Source: an uncultured Bacteroidota bacterium (GTDB lineage Bacteria > Bacteroidota > Bacteroidia > Chitinophagales > Chitinophagaceae). Taken from it: 64,000 nucleotides of DNA. Location of the stretch: assembly GCA_963771435.1 (NCBI GenBank), contig CAVYTF010000018.1:88217-152216 (forward strand). The letters run 5' to 3'. Below are positions 1-8,037 of the stretch, piece after piece. The translations under genes and the position numbers were made by a program. Each line of letters starts with the position of its first letter. Position 1 is the stretch's first letter. Below the pieces are notes generated by a model. It was given only the letters and a program-made list of their open reading frames with translations, did no database searches and was not told the origin of the DNA.

Positions 1-18
1 TTAATAAAACAAAGAAAA

Positions 19-993
19 ATGAAAGCAGCAGTAGTTTATCACAGGGGCGAAATGCCACAATACACAGACAATTTTCCTGAACCTGTAGTTCAAAATGAGG
101 ATGAGCTTTTGATCACCGTGAAAGCTGTGGCGATCAAACATCTTGACAAAGCAAGGGCAAGCGGCAAGCATTATTCTGCTGATATGGATAAACAAAGCGC
201 TACAGTAATTGGCGGTGATGGTGTTGGCCTGCTTGAAGATGGCACAAGGGTTTTTGCTTTAGGCGTCAGCGGCATGATGGCAGAAAAAGCAACCATCGAT
301 AAAAACAGGATGGTAAAGTTACCTGATGGCATTGATGATGCTACTGCGGCAGCGTTGCCAAACGCACTTGCTGGTTCTGCATTAGCGCTTCGTTTCAAAG
401 CGGGTATGCAAACCGAGGAAACGGTTTTAATAAATGGTGCTACCGGGTTTACCGGTAAAGTGGCCGTCCAGGTAGCCAAATATTATGGTGCAGGGAAAGT
501 AATTGTTACCGGCAGGAATGAACGATCATTACAATTACTATTAGCATTGGGGGCAAACGAAATAGTTTCCGTGAAACAGGATGATGAAAAATTCATTGCC
601 AAAATAAAAGAGATACATAACAGCACGCCCATTGACATTATTATTGATTACCTGTGGGGGCACACCGCAGAAATGATCCTTGCTGCATTAAAAGGGCACG
701 GCTCTTTTACGCATAAAACAAGATTTATCTCAATTGGTGGTATGACGGGTGACAACATTCAATTATCATCAGAAATTTTAAGAAGTTCTGACCTTCAGTT
801 GCGAGGTTCCGGCATAGGTAGCTGGACAAAAGACGAGTTGCAGAAACTGTTTACTGAAATGATCCCTGAAATGTTTCAACTGGCTGCCGAAAATAAATTA
901 AAAGTTGAAACGGTTAAAGTTGCCCTCGAAGACATTGAAAGAATATGGGAAATGGAAATGCCGGATGGGAAAAGATGGGTGGTAACAATGTGA
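19..993 (+). CDS. Zinc-type alcohol dehydrogenase / NADPH:quinone oxidoreductase (MDR superfamily)
   Basis: 324-aa ORF. It has a GroES-like N-terminus (MKAAVVY...ELLITVKAVAI) and a Rossmann segment (INGATGFTGKVAVQVAKYYGAGKVIVTGR), both typical of MDR quinone oxidoreductases. Confidence 0.8.
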   Translation: MKAAVVYHRGEMPQYTDNFPEPVVQNEDELLITVKAVAIKHLDKARASGKHYSADMDKQSATVIGGDGVGLLEDGTRVFALGVSGMMAEKATIDKNRMVKLPDGIDDATAAALPNALAGSALALRFKAGMQTEETVLINGATGFTGKVAVQVAKYYGAGKVIVTGRNERSLQLLLALGANEIVSVKQDDEKFIAKIKEIHNSTPIDIIIDYLWGHTAEMILAALKGHGSFTHKTRFISIGGMTGDNIQLSSEILRSSDLQLRGSGIGSWTKDELQKLFTEMIPEMFQLAAENKLKVETVKVALEDIERIWEMEMPDGKRWVVTM

Positions 994-1061
994 AAGAAGA
1001 AGGATCGCTAATAAAAAAACACTGATAAAGACGGCCATTGAGTGAAATTAATCCTACTTTT

Positions 1062-1895
1062 ATGGCGCGAAAACTAAAGCCGCATGTCATGAGAGGTTGT
1101 TTTTTATTTATTTCCTGTGCCATTTTAATGGTATGCTTTTCATCCTGCTGGAAAGACGACACACCGCCTGTCGTTTATGTTGGTGGCACAGGCTTGCAGT
1201 TGACCCGTATACAACAGGGCACTGATCCAGCAACAGATACTGTTTTTAAGATCATCTATAACGGAAATAATATTTCGAGGATATACGACAGCATTTTTGC
1301 AGGGTCATTTGCTTTTACTGATGCTCTTAACGTATTCTACAATGGCGACCTATTGCAAAGCGTTTCAGACCTCAATGGGGGCTTGAGCGCAACCTATAGC
1401 TATGATCCCGCAATGCGGTTGAAGGAAATAGACATTAATTTCTTTGGCGAAATTGACAATTATTATTACACCTATACAGGCAATAATGTCTCACAAAAAA
1501 GATGGTTCAGCGATTTTAGCAAGGGCACCAAGCCTGTGTTGTACCAGACATCAAACTACACCGTGACAAATGGTAATATCACTGAAGCAAAAACATACGA
1601 CTCGCTTAACACACTGACCTCAGATGTTACTTTCACTTATAACAGCCAACCCCATGCTGCTCTTTTCAAGCAATTAGCACTTCTTGACCTGGGCGATTTT
1701 TTGTTCCTGAACGATTTTGAAGGTTTCGGGATCGGCGGCTGCGATACTTATTTTAACGCGAATATGATGGCAGGTTATACTAACGGCTCCAACAATACCA
1801 GTTTCCCCAATACCCTGAATGCAAACCAAATGCCTTTAGAGATAATTGATAAGGCCTCTGAATATACGTTTACGTGGCAGTTTTCTTATTGGTAA
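1062..1895 (+). CDS. Hypothetical lipoprotein
   Basis: The ORF is open from TTG 1038, with the first ATG at 1062. A hydrophobic leader ends in FSSC (lipobox-like Cys). I recognise no family. Confidence 0.5.
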   Translation: MARKLKPHVMRGCFLFISCAILMVCFSSCWKDDTPPVVYVGGTGLQLTRIQQGTDPATDTVFKIIYNGNNISRIYDSIFAGSFAFTDALNVFYNGDLLQSVSDLNGGLSATYSYDPAMRLKEIDINFFGEIDNYYYTYTGNNVSQKRWFSDFSKGTKPVLYQTSNYTVTNGNITEAKTYDSLNTLTSDVTFTYNSQPHAALFKQLALLDLGDFLFLNDFEGFGIGGCDTYFNANMMAGYTNGSNNTSFPNTLNANQMPLEIIDKASEYTFTWQFSYW

Positions 1896-1932
1896 AAGCC
1901 TTTTGAGCAACAAAGAGATCTTCGCTCGCCTA

Positions 1933-3780
1933 TCAATAAATGCCATTGTTACTGTTTGTGTTGGATTGCACTATATCGGGCGCGCTTACATAATTGCTGT
2001 TGTACCTGAAAATGAGATCAGTGGAAAGGGTTACCTGGAAGGAATTATTACCCTGTACATATCGTGGGAAATAAATAAGGCGCAGTTCTATGGTTCCAAA
2101 AACGAAATTTTCATTGCGGGTGCGCACTCCGCCGCCAATGGCGCCGTAGAGACCGGAAGAACCCGGTGTGCCGTTTTCATGGGTCAGTAAACTTGCGTTC
2201 CCAAAAGCAAAGGGGGCGAATTTGAAACCTAATAATTTGTAGCGTAAAAAGGAGAATGTTTCTGCGTAGAGGCTTATCCTGTTATTGCCGGTCGCAGAGT
2301 CTGAATTGAAATTCCGCAGGCCATAATTATTATTAATATACAAAGGGTCGAGGCCTATGCGGTTGTATAATCCGGAATAGCTGAAATTTATATATTCCCT
2401 CAATTTCATGTTGCCATATTCAAAAAGCTTACTGAAAAACCCTACACCGGCTAGGAGGGTGGCATCCTGCAGTTGGCCGGCATTTAAAAAGCCGCCCATT
2501 CTCAGGAAGTACTGGGTGAAGCTACCTCCTTTGGTTACAAAATATCGGTTGGCATTTATGCCTGCATAAGACCTGTTTAAATTTAACTGCCTGTACCAAC
2601 CGGTGGTTACCGATACATTATAACCGATGGGAACATCTTCTGTAGTTCCGAATCCATATATGTAGTTGGTCTTGTAAAATTCTTGCCGGAAGAAAGTGAC
2701 CTGCCCCAGCACTGCCTGTTTATCATCGTAGCGGAAATTATAAGTGCCCTGCGTTTGCTCGGGCGATTCAAAAAAACTGTTTTTAAAATAACGCAGTGCC
2801 ACAAAATGTTTGTCTTTAAAAGACTTGTTGAGCTTGTATTTTACAACATCGAGGTTGTAGCCAAGCCATGCATCCTGAATGTTATAACCATAATTGTAAA
2901 AGGAAATAGGCGCCTCCATATAGCTGTTAAAGGTTTGGTTTTTGCCGATGGTGAGCGCACCGGCATAATGGGCGTAAGGCGACACAAGGGGCATTTGCAG
3001 GGAGAACAACAGGTCATGTTCATCTGTCATGCCATTATAGAGGTCAGGCGAAATGGTGGAATAACCTGCGGCAAGATTTATAAAACTGTGCCTTATGCTG
3101 GTTTTAGTGTATAGAAATGAATAGCCCATATCTGGCGAGCGGTTGTTTTGAAGCGCGCTGCTCACCACGACTTTTTGTCCCATGCCCAAGATGTTGGCAT
3201 CGCCGACCGAGACCTGGTAGTTGCCGGGTGCAAAACTAGCTACTGAACCCGTGAGGCTAAAGAGGTCTTTGGTAACAATGACAAGGTCAACAGAATCGGG
3301 GTTGCCGGGGATGGGCGTCACCAATATCCTTGCGTCCTGTATAAACTCCAGGGAGCGGTAATAAGTTTCGTTGTCGGCTACTTTATAAGCATCCAAAGGA
3401 GTGTTTTCTTCCAGGAACAGGTTGTCGCGCACTACCCATTCTTTTGTTTTGGTGTGCAGTTTATTCAGCAGTTTGGTGCCGAAATAATTACTTCTTTTTG
3501 CTGTATCGGTAAAGGACTGGTCAAAACCGAACTCTTTAAAAGTAATATGCCTTATAATTTTACCCTCGTAAGGCAGAAAGGGGGCTTGGCCTTTTGTTTT
3601 GATGACCGCGGAATCGCCGGGGTGCCTTGAAACTGCATTTAGGGCAAACGCGAAAATGTTGTTCAGCCTGCTTTTGTGCGTGGTGGCAGTATCAATTTTT
3701 TGGGCTGATGTGTGCAGGCAAAACAAAACAGCAAAACCAACAAGCAAGAGATGTTTAGATATAAGTATGGAAGCATTCAA
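1933..3780 (-). CDS. Outer-membrane beta-barrel protein (Omp85/surface-antigen-like), function unknown
   Basis: 615-aa ORF with signal peptide MNASILISKHLLLVGFAVLFCLHTSAQ. It has a POTRA-like N-terminal part, aromatic-rich alternating beta-strand composition and a C-terminal aromatic residue. Confidence 0.55.
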   Translation of the reverse strand: MNASILISKHLLLVGFAVLFCLHTSAQKIDTATTHKSRLNNIFAFALNAVSRHPGDSAVIKTKGQAPFLPYEGKIIRHITFKEFGFDQSFTDTAKRSNYFGTKLLNKLHTKTKEWVVRDNLFLEENTPLDAYKVADNETYYRSLEFIQDARILVTPIPGNPDSVDLVIVTKDLFSLTGSVASFAPGNYQVSVGDANILGMGQKVVVSSALQNNRSPDMGYSFLYTKTSIRHSFINLAAGYSTISPDLYNGMTDEHDLLFSLQMPLVSPYAHYAGALTIGKNQTFNSYMEAPISFYNYGYNIQDAWLGYNLDVVKYKLNKSFKDKHFVALRYFKNSFFESPEQTQGTYNFRYDDKQAVLGQVTFFRQEFYKTNYIYGFGTTEDVPIGYNVSVTTGWYRQLNLNRSYAGINANRYFVTKGGSFTQYFLRMGGFLNAGQLQDATLLAGVGFFSKLFEYGNMKLREYINFSYSGLYNRIGLDPLYINNNYGLRNFNSDSATGNNRISLYAETFSFLRYKLLGFKFAPFAFGNASLLTHENGTPGSSGLYGAIGGGVRTRNENFVFGTIELRLIYFPRYVQGNNSFQVTLSTDLIFRYNSNYVSAPDIVQSNTNSNNGIY

Positions 3781-3847
3781 ATTACAGGTTAAGAATTTTC
3801 ATGCTTAATAAAAACAAGGATCATGCCTTGTTTAAAAAAGATGGAAC

Positions 3848-3898
3848 TTTCCGCCGCTCTTCCCTTCCTTCCCAACAGCATTCTTATAAATTTATTGG
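3848..3898 (+). repeat. 51-bp cassette-punctuating element, copy R1 (full)
   Basis: TTTCCGCCGCTCTTCCCTTCCTTCCCAACAGCATTCTTATAAATTTATTGG. Identical to the copies at 4284 and 7610. Confidence 0.9.
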
Positions 3899-3927
3899 AT
3901 TAAAAAAGATGAAACTTTGTGTGGTTC

Positions 3928-4212
3928 TTATTCTTTAGTTTCAATAAAATTAAAAAATAATTTACGGAACACTTCAAGAGAATGATGATCACTTGCAGAA
4001 TAAAAGCGAATTAATCTTGGCCAATTGACATCATCTTTCGATTCAAAATGTTTATTGACGAAATCTCTAAAGTCAGATAAAATATTATTCGTTTCTTCAT
4101 TTGCTGAACCATAATTATAACCAGTAAGAAAAAGACTAAGATCTTCAACATTATTGACACAAAACATCGCTGGACGATCTAATACCGCTTTAATAAATTC
4201 TATAAATTCCAA
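3928..4212 (-). CDS. Small hypothetical protein (cassette ORF, immunity-like size)
   Basis: 94-aa ORF, AT-rich by eye, with no signal peptide. It is bracketed by R1 and R2. Confidence 0.5.
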   Translation of the reverse strand: MEFIEFIKAVLDRPAMFCVNNVEDLSLFLTGYNYGSANEETNNILSDFRDFVNKHFESKDDVNWPRLIRFYSASDHHSLEVFRKLFFNFIETKE

Positions 4213-4283
4213 TTTATTTGAATTTTATTGTTTTAGCACCTTCAAATCTTAACCCAATCTCCTTCCACCAAAAGAGCTACCCC

Positions 4284-4334
4284 TTTCCGCCGCTCTTCCC
4301 TTCCTTCCCAACAGCATTCTTATAAATTTATTGG
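4284..4334 (+). repeat. 51-bp cassette-punctuating element, copy R2 (full)
   Basis: Same 51-mer as at 3848 and 7610. Confidence 0.9.
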
Positions 4335-4367
4335 GTGAGATTGCAAATCTAGAACAGCAAGGATCTT

Positions 4368-5084
4368 TTATTTGAGTGAATAACTTGTCATTTTATTGTA
4401 AAGTATACTATCTTCTTTAGAACTTTCATCAATAAAAACTTTAGTAAGATCATAAGAATCATCTAAGCTTTTTAATGATGTCACCAACCCTATCATCTTT
4501 CGGTCAATAATCTTTGTTTTTTGTTTTGCTTCTTTGAAATCACCCAGGTCATCTACAGCATGAATCAATAAATATGATGAAATCGTCAACGTCTGCTTTA
4601 AAACATCATAATATTGGTAAAGACTTACTGAATGCACACTATCAGGTTCCTGTTCACATTCGCAGCTATAATCCAAAGAAACAAGTATAGTCTTTTTTGT
4701 AGGTGGGTTTATTTTGTAATTATATTCATAAAATCTGCTACAAAAATTACCTCCTTCATTAATTGTGAGAACATCGTCTTTAACATACATATTGCCAAAC
4801 CTACCCAAATGAAAATCTGGAGATGAATCAATGATTGTTAAGTCTCTTCCCGTAGTACTAAATATGAATAATTTCACTTCATGTTCCTTATATCTAATTG
4901 AATCGTAGCCTAAAACCGCAAAATAAACTCCATCTGTAGTTTTTATAGTATCAAATTCATTTATAGCCCATTTTGGTCCAATCATCTTCTTTATCGAATC
5001 AATCAATCCCTTGCTTTGTCCAAACCCATTAAACGGTTTTGAAATAATGGAAAGAATAATAATGGGTAATAAAAAAATTTTCAC
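4368..5084 (-). CDS. Hypothetical secreted protein (cassette ORF)
   Basis: 238-aa ORF with signal-like N-terminus MKIFLLPIIILSIISKPFNGFGQ. AT-rich by eye. I recognise no family. Confidence 0.55.
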   Translation of the reverse strand: MKIFLLPIIILSIISKPFNGFGQSKGLIDSIKKMIGPKWAINEFDTIKTTDGVYFAVLGYDSIRYKEHEVKLFIFSTTGRDLTIIDSSPDFHLGRFGNMYVKDDVLTINEGGNFCSRFYEYNYKINPPTKKTILVSLDYSCECEQEPDSVHSVSLYQYYDVLKQTLTISSYLLIHAVDDLGDFKEAKQKTKIIDRKMIGLVTSLKSLDDSYDLTKVFIDESSKEDSILYNKMTSYSLK

Positions 5085-5122
5085 TGTGTAATGTTTATTT
5101 GTTCCTTAATTACAAATCCCCC

Positions 5123-5143
5123 TTTCCGCCGCTCTTCCCTTCC
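5123..5143 (+). repeat. Cassette-punctuating element, copy R3 (5' half only)
   Basis: TTTCCGCCGCTCTTCCCTTCC, after which the sequence diverges into the 21-bp array. Confidence 0.7.
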
Positions 5144-5159
5144 AAAACCCCCGACTTTG

Positions 5160-5395
5160 TAAAGTTTCACTCAAAGTTTGTAAAGTTTGCCTCAAAAGCT
5201 GCAAAGTCAGGGACAAACTTTATAAAGAAAAAGATTTTTCTTGTAAAGAAAACGAAAAACCTTGTAAAGTTTTCGGGAAAAGCTGCAAAGTCAGAGGCAA
5301 ACTTTGTAAAGAAAACGGGAAATCTTATAAAGAAAATCTTTTTCTTTATAAAGAAAGGGAAAGACTTTATAAAGTTTGGGTGAAAAGCTACAAAG
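5160..5395. repeat. Degenerate tandem array with strict 21-bp register
   Basis: The pentamer YAAAG recurs at 5160, 5181, 5202, 5223, 5244, 5265, 5286, 5307, 5328, 5349, 5370 and 5391, which is 12 consecutive 21-bp steps. The motifs are CTTTGTAAAG/CTTTATAAAG and GCTGCAAAGTC. Confidence 0.9.
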
Positions 5396-5533
5396 TCTGC
5401 CCCGGGAGCTGCAAAACTGCCTTTTTGCCCCTTTGGGAGAAATTTTTTCTAAAAAAATCCACCTGCATATTGTTTAAATTTAAAAAGTTTTTTATTTTTG
5501 TTTTCATTAAATAACCCCCCAAAATTTAAAAAA

Positions 5534-6199
5534 ATGATAAGGCCGTCTCACTGCTCTTTAGCTTTTAAAGACCTGCCCATTGCTGCCAAAACCCTGTTTG
5601 GCCCCGGCGTTTATAACGGCATAGGCAACAACTCAAAAGTATTTGCAAACCCCACTGTGCAGCCTGCTGACCTGCAAGCGGCAAACGACGACCTGATATC
5701 TAAGGCACAGTTGGCGGCGGGTGGCGACCATGGCCTTGTGGCTGCCATGCACGACAGCGAAAACGCCTGGGAAGTTATATACGGCAGTGCGGCATTATTC
5801 GTGGATACAGTGGCACAAGGCACCGAAGCCACTATAAGGCTGGGAGGTTTTGAGCCAACTGATACTGAAATTCCTGATGTTACAAACCCTTTGGCAGCAA
5901 CAATTAAAGTATTAAAGGTGAATGCCGCATTGGGCAGTTTTCATGTAGAATTATTTTCAATGATGCATGTTGCCGGGTTCCTTTATATTGTTTCCACCAC
6001 TGCCGCTGTGCCTGTGTTTGTGAACAACCAATTTTTGTTGTCTGCAAACCCCACGGTGATAGCGATGATAGCAGACACGCACCGCAAAGTTGATTTTTAT
6101 AACCTGCCTGCCAGCCAAACTTTTTATTTAAGCATCGTGGCTTTTAACACAGCGGGCATGGGTGCGGTTACTCAGCCGGTGCTGATAAAAGTGCTGTAA
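5534..6199 (+). CDS. Hypothetical protein, C-terminal Ig/FN3-like beta region
   Basis: The ORF is open from TTG 5498, with the first ATG at 5534. It is GC-richer than the neighbouring cassettes and is followed by a hairpin terminator at about 6222-6255. Confidence 0.55.
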   Translation: MIRPSHCSLAFKDLPIAAKTLFGPGVYNGIGNNSKVFANPTVQPADLQAANDDLISKAQLAAGGDHGLVAAMHDSENAWEVIYGSAALFVDTVAQGTEATIRLGGFEPTDTEIPDVTNPLAATIKVLKVNAALGSFHVELFSMMHVAGFLYIVSTTAAVPVFVNNQFLLSANPTVIAMIADTHRKVDFYNLPASQTFYLSIVAFNTAGMGAVTQPVLIKVL

Positions 6200-6228
6200 G
6201 TTTTGAAAAGATATTTTTGAAAGCTGCT

Positions 6229-6274
6229 GGCTGAAAAGGCTGGCAGCTTTTTTTGTGGGGTATATTTGGTGGGG
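6229..6274 (+). repeat. Leader module L1 (terminator hairpin + T-run + TATATTTG -7 motif)
   Basis: GGCTGAAAAGGCTGGCAGCTTTTTTTGTGGGGTATATTTGG is duplicated at 6948. TATATTTG (6261-6268) matches the Bacteroidota TAnnTTTG -7 consensus and lies 19 nt before ATG 6288. Confidence 0.7.
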
Positions 6275-6287
6275 AAAGAAAGAAATT

Positions 6288-6911
6288 ATGAAACGATATT
6301 TATTATTATTTGCACTTTTAGTAATGAGTAATTGCATTACACACAATAAAGAGTATTTGAATGCTAAAACTATGATGTATCAAAATGTCTCGACAGTATC
6401 AAGTATTGATTTATATCAAGATGGAAATTTGAAGTGTTTAATTGATTCTGTAAAAGGAAAAGAATTTGGAAATCGGTTTTCATTTTATGAAAACTCATAC
6501 TTGTCAAGCTATTGCTTTATGATAGATTCTGCTCGTGCTTCATACATAGAAACATTTGATTCAGTTAGCCATGAAATTATCAGTGTAGAAGGAAATCCGA
6601 TTGTGTATAAAACTATTAATGCAGATAGTTACCATGACTCATTGTTTATTCAATATTTAATTACTACTTTTCCATATGACAACATTGAATTTCAAATTTC
6701 AGACAGTGGAAGAGAATTTAAAAGTATACCTATAAGCAATCCATCTGGTGAATATGTCAGGTTAAAATATTTAAAATCTATCAATTATTTTAAGAATACA
6801 AAATCTATCAGTCGTTTTTATGTAATAGCAAAATTTACGGGGAGATTGAAAGATACAAAAGAAATAAAAACCTATACTGATACTATTGATTTATCTAAAA
6901 GGATACAATAG
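6288..6911 (+). CDS. Hypothetical lipoprotein (cassette ORF)
   Basis: MKRYLLLFALLVMSNC is a lipobox-type leader. AT-rich by eye. It is followed directly by R4. Confidence 0.6.
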   Translation: MKRYLLLFALLVMSNCITHNKEYLNAKTMMYQNVSTVSSIDLYQDGNLKCLIDSVKGKEFGNRFSFYENSYLSSYCFMIDSARASYIETFDSVSHEIISVEGNPIVYKTINADSYHDSLFIQYLITTFPYDNIEFQISDSGREFKSIPISNPSGEYVRLKYLKSINYFKNTKSISRFYVIAKFTGRLKDTKEIKTYTDTIDLSKRIQ

Positions 6912-6913
6912 AA

Positions 6914-6938
6914 AACAGCATTCTTATAAATTTATTGG
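6914..6938 (+). repeat. Cassette-punctuating element, copy R4 (3' half)
   Basis: AACAGCATTCTTATAAATTTATTGG. Confidence 0.75.
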
Positions 6939-6947
6939 TTGGCTGTT

Positions 6948-6990
6948 GGCTGAAAAGGCTGGCGGCTTTTTTTGTGGGGTATATTTGGGG
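6948..6990 (+). repeat. Leader module L2 (duplicate of L1)
   Basis: GGCTGAAAAGGCTGGCGGCTTTTTTTGTGGGGTATATTTGGGG. TATATTTG lies at 6980-6987, 20 nt before ATG 7008. Confidence 0.7.
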
Positions 6991-7007
6991 GAAGAAAATA
7001 AATACTT

Positions 7008-7208
7008 ATGAAGATTATAGATGGAGGTAAAGAAATGTATGAAAAGGAAAAAACTTTAAAAAAAATTAAAGTAGATTTAGAAAATTGGACAACCTATTAT
7101 TCAGATTTAGAAACCGGCGAAAAATGGATAAAAGAATATCCCTTTCCTGAAATGCAAGCAGGTGGACCGCCTCAAATGCGATTACTTGAAAAATTTCCGT
7201 GGGAATAA
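7008..7208 (+). CDS. Small immunity-like protein (Imm27-like: GGxP motif + C-terminal Trp)
   Basis: 66-aa ORF ending ...EKWIKEYPFPEMQAGGPPQMRLLEKFPWE. The GGPP motif and penultimate Trp recall the polymorphic-toxin immunity family I remember as Imm27. Confidence 0.5.
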   Translation: MKIIDGGKEMYEKEKTLKKIKVDLENWTTYYSDLETGEKWIKEYPFPEMQAGGPPQMRLLEKFPWE

Positions 7209-7224
7209 TAAGACCATTTCCCCC

Positions 7225-7250
7225 CAATAAAATTCTTATAAATTCTATGG
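7225..7250 (+). repeat. Cassette-punctuating element, copy R5 (degenerate 3' half)
   Basis: CAATAAAATTCTTATAAATTCTATGG. It overlaps ATG 7247. Confidence 0.5.
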
Positions 7251-7609
7251 AAAAGTCTAATATAATTAAGGAAATAATCTCTATTCCTGCCCGGTTTTAT
7301 TCTGAAGGCAATATTTCATTTTATTCTTTGCTTAAAAAGACGGGATATTTTGAATTGTATAATCAAATTAGTGAGGTTGATATTTTTGAAATGCTTAAAC
7401 AAGATTTAGAGTGTATTACTCAATGGCTCAGTTGGTCAGAAGATAAGCGGGTTACTTATGGTTGGTATTTTAAAGAGAGCCTGAATGGAAACTATATCGT
7501 TGGTCATTTTCCTCCTAAAGAAGATTTTAAAACAATAGAATATTCGGATGTTTCGCAAGCGTGTTCCGTTTTCATTAAACGGGAAATTGAAGACATCAGA
7601 AAAAGTTAA
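7247..7609 (+). CDS. Hypothetical protein (cassette ORF)
   Basis: The ORF is open from GTG 7199, with ATG at 7247 (MEKSNIIKE...). It is 120 aa, AT-rich, and followed directly by R6. Confidence 0.55.
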   Translation: MEKSNIIKEIISIPARFYSEGNISFYSLLKKTGYFELYNQISEVDIFEMLKQDLECITQWLSWSEDKRVTYGWYFKESLNGNYIVGHFPPKEDFKTIEYSDVSQACSVFIKREIEDIRKS

Positions 7610-7660
7610 TTTCCGCCGCTCTTCCCTTCCTTCCCAACAGCATTCTTATAAATTTATTGG
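7610..7660 (+). repeat. 51-bp cassette-punctuating element, copy R6 (full)
   Basis: Same 51-mer as at 3848 and 4284. Confidence 0.9.
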
Positions 7661-7685
7661 TTGGGGGGAAGAGGACAAATAAAAA

Positions 7686-7994
7686 ATGAAACAAAGAATG
7701 AAATCCATTTTATCTATTCTCTTTATTTTATGGTTTTTAATTCCATATTCATTTTTATTTTATAGAAAATGGAATTTGCGAGTAAGGCTTTTATTTATAT
7801 CGTTATTTGAAATTCTCTTTTTATATCTCACAATAATTATTGTTCAAAATTTTAAAGATGATTTACTAAACGGCCCTGCTTTTTTTTATAATATACTTAT
7901 ATGGCCAAGTATTTTTTTAAACTTAGTTGTAATATTAATTATTTGGCTGATAAAAAGAATAAAATCTTTCTACCGAAAAGACACCAATAATTAG
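7686..7994 (+). CDS. Small integral membrane protein (cassette ORF)
   Basis: 102 aa with three hydrophobic segments (ILSILFILWFLIPYSFLFY, LLFISLFEILFLYLTIIIV, IWPSIFLNLVVILIIWLI). Confidence 0.5.
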   Translation: MKQRMKSILSILFILWFLIPYSFLFYRKWNLRVRLLFISLFEILFLYLTIIIVQNFKDDLLNGPAFFYNILIWPSIFLNLVVILIIWLIKRIKSFYRKDTNN

Positions 7995-8003
7995 ATTGTA
8001 TTT

Positions 8004-8037
8004 TTCCTTCCAAACATCATTCTTATAAATTTATTGG
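8004..8037 (+). repeat. Cassette-punctuating element, copy R7 (degenerate)
   Basis: TTCCTTCCAAACATCATTCTTATAAATTTATTGG. It overlaps the stop codon (8031-8033) of the minus-strand decarboxylase gene. Confidence 0.65.

Noticed and set aside
5099-5383. A 94-aa Lys/Phe-rich ORF.
   Set aside because: It is a translation of the 21-bp CTTTRTAAAG array and is low complexity. I treat it as non-coding.
3848-8037. A classical integron (attC) interpretation of the 51-bp elements.
   Set aside because: The element shows no R''-L''/L'-R' inverted-repeat architecture or GTTRRRY core and is far too conserved and short. No intI is present, and the cassettes carry their own promoter-like motifs and are not all co-oriented. 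I keep it only as an analogy.
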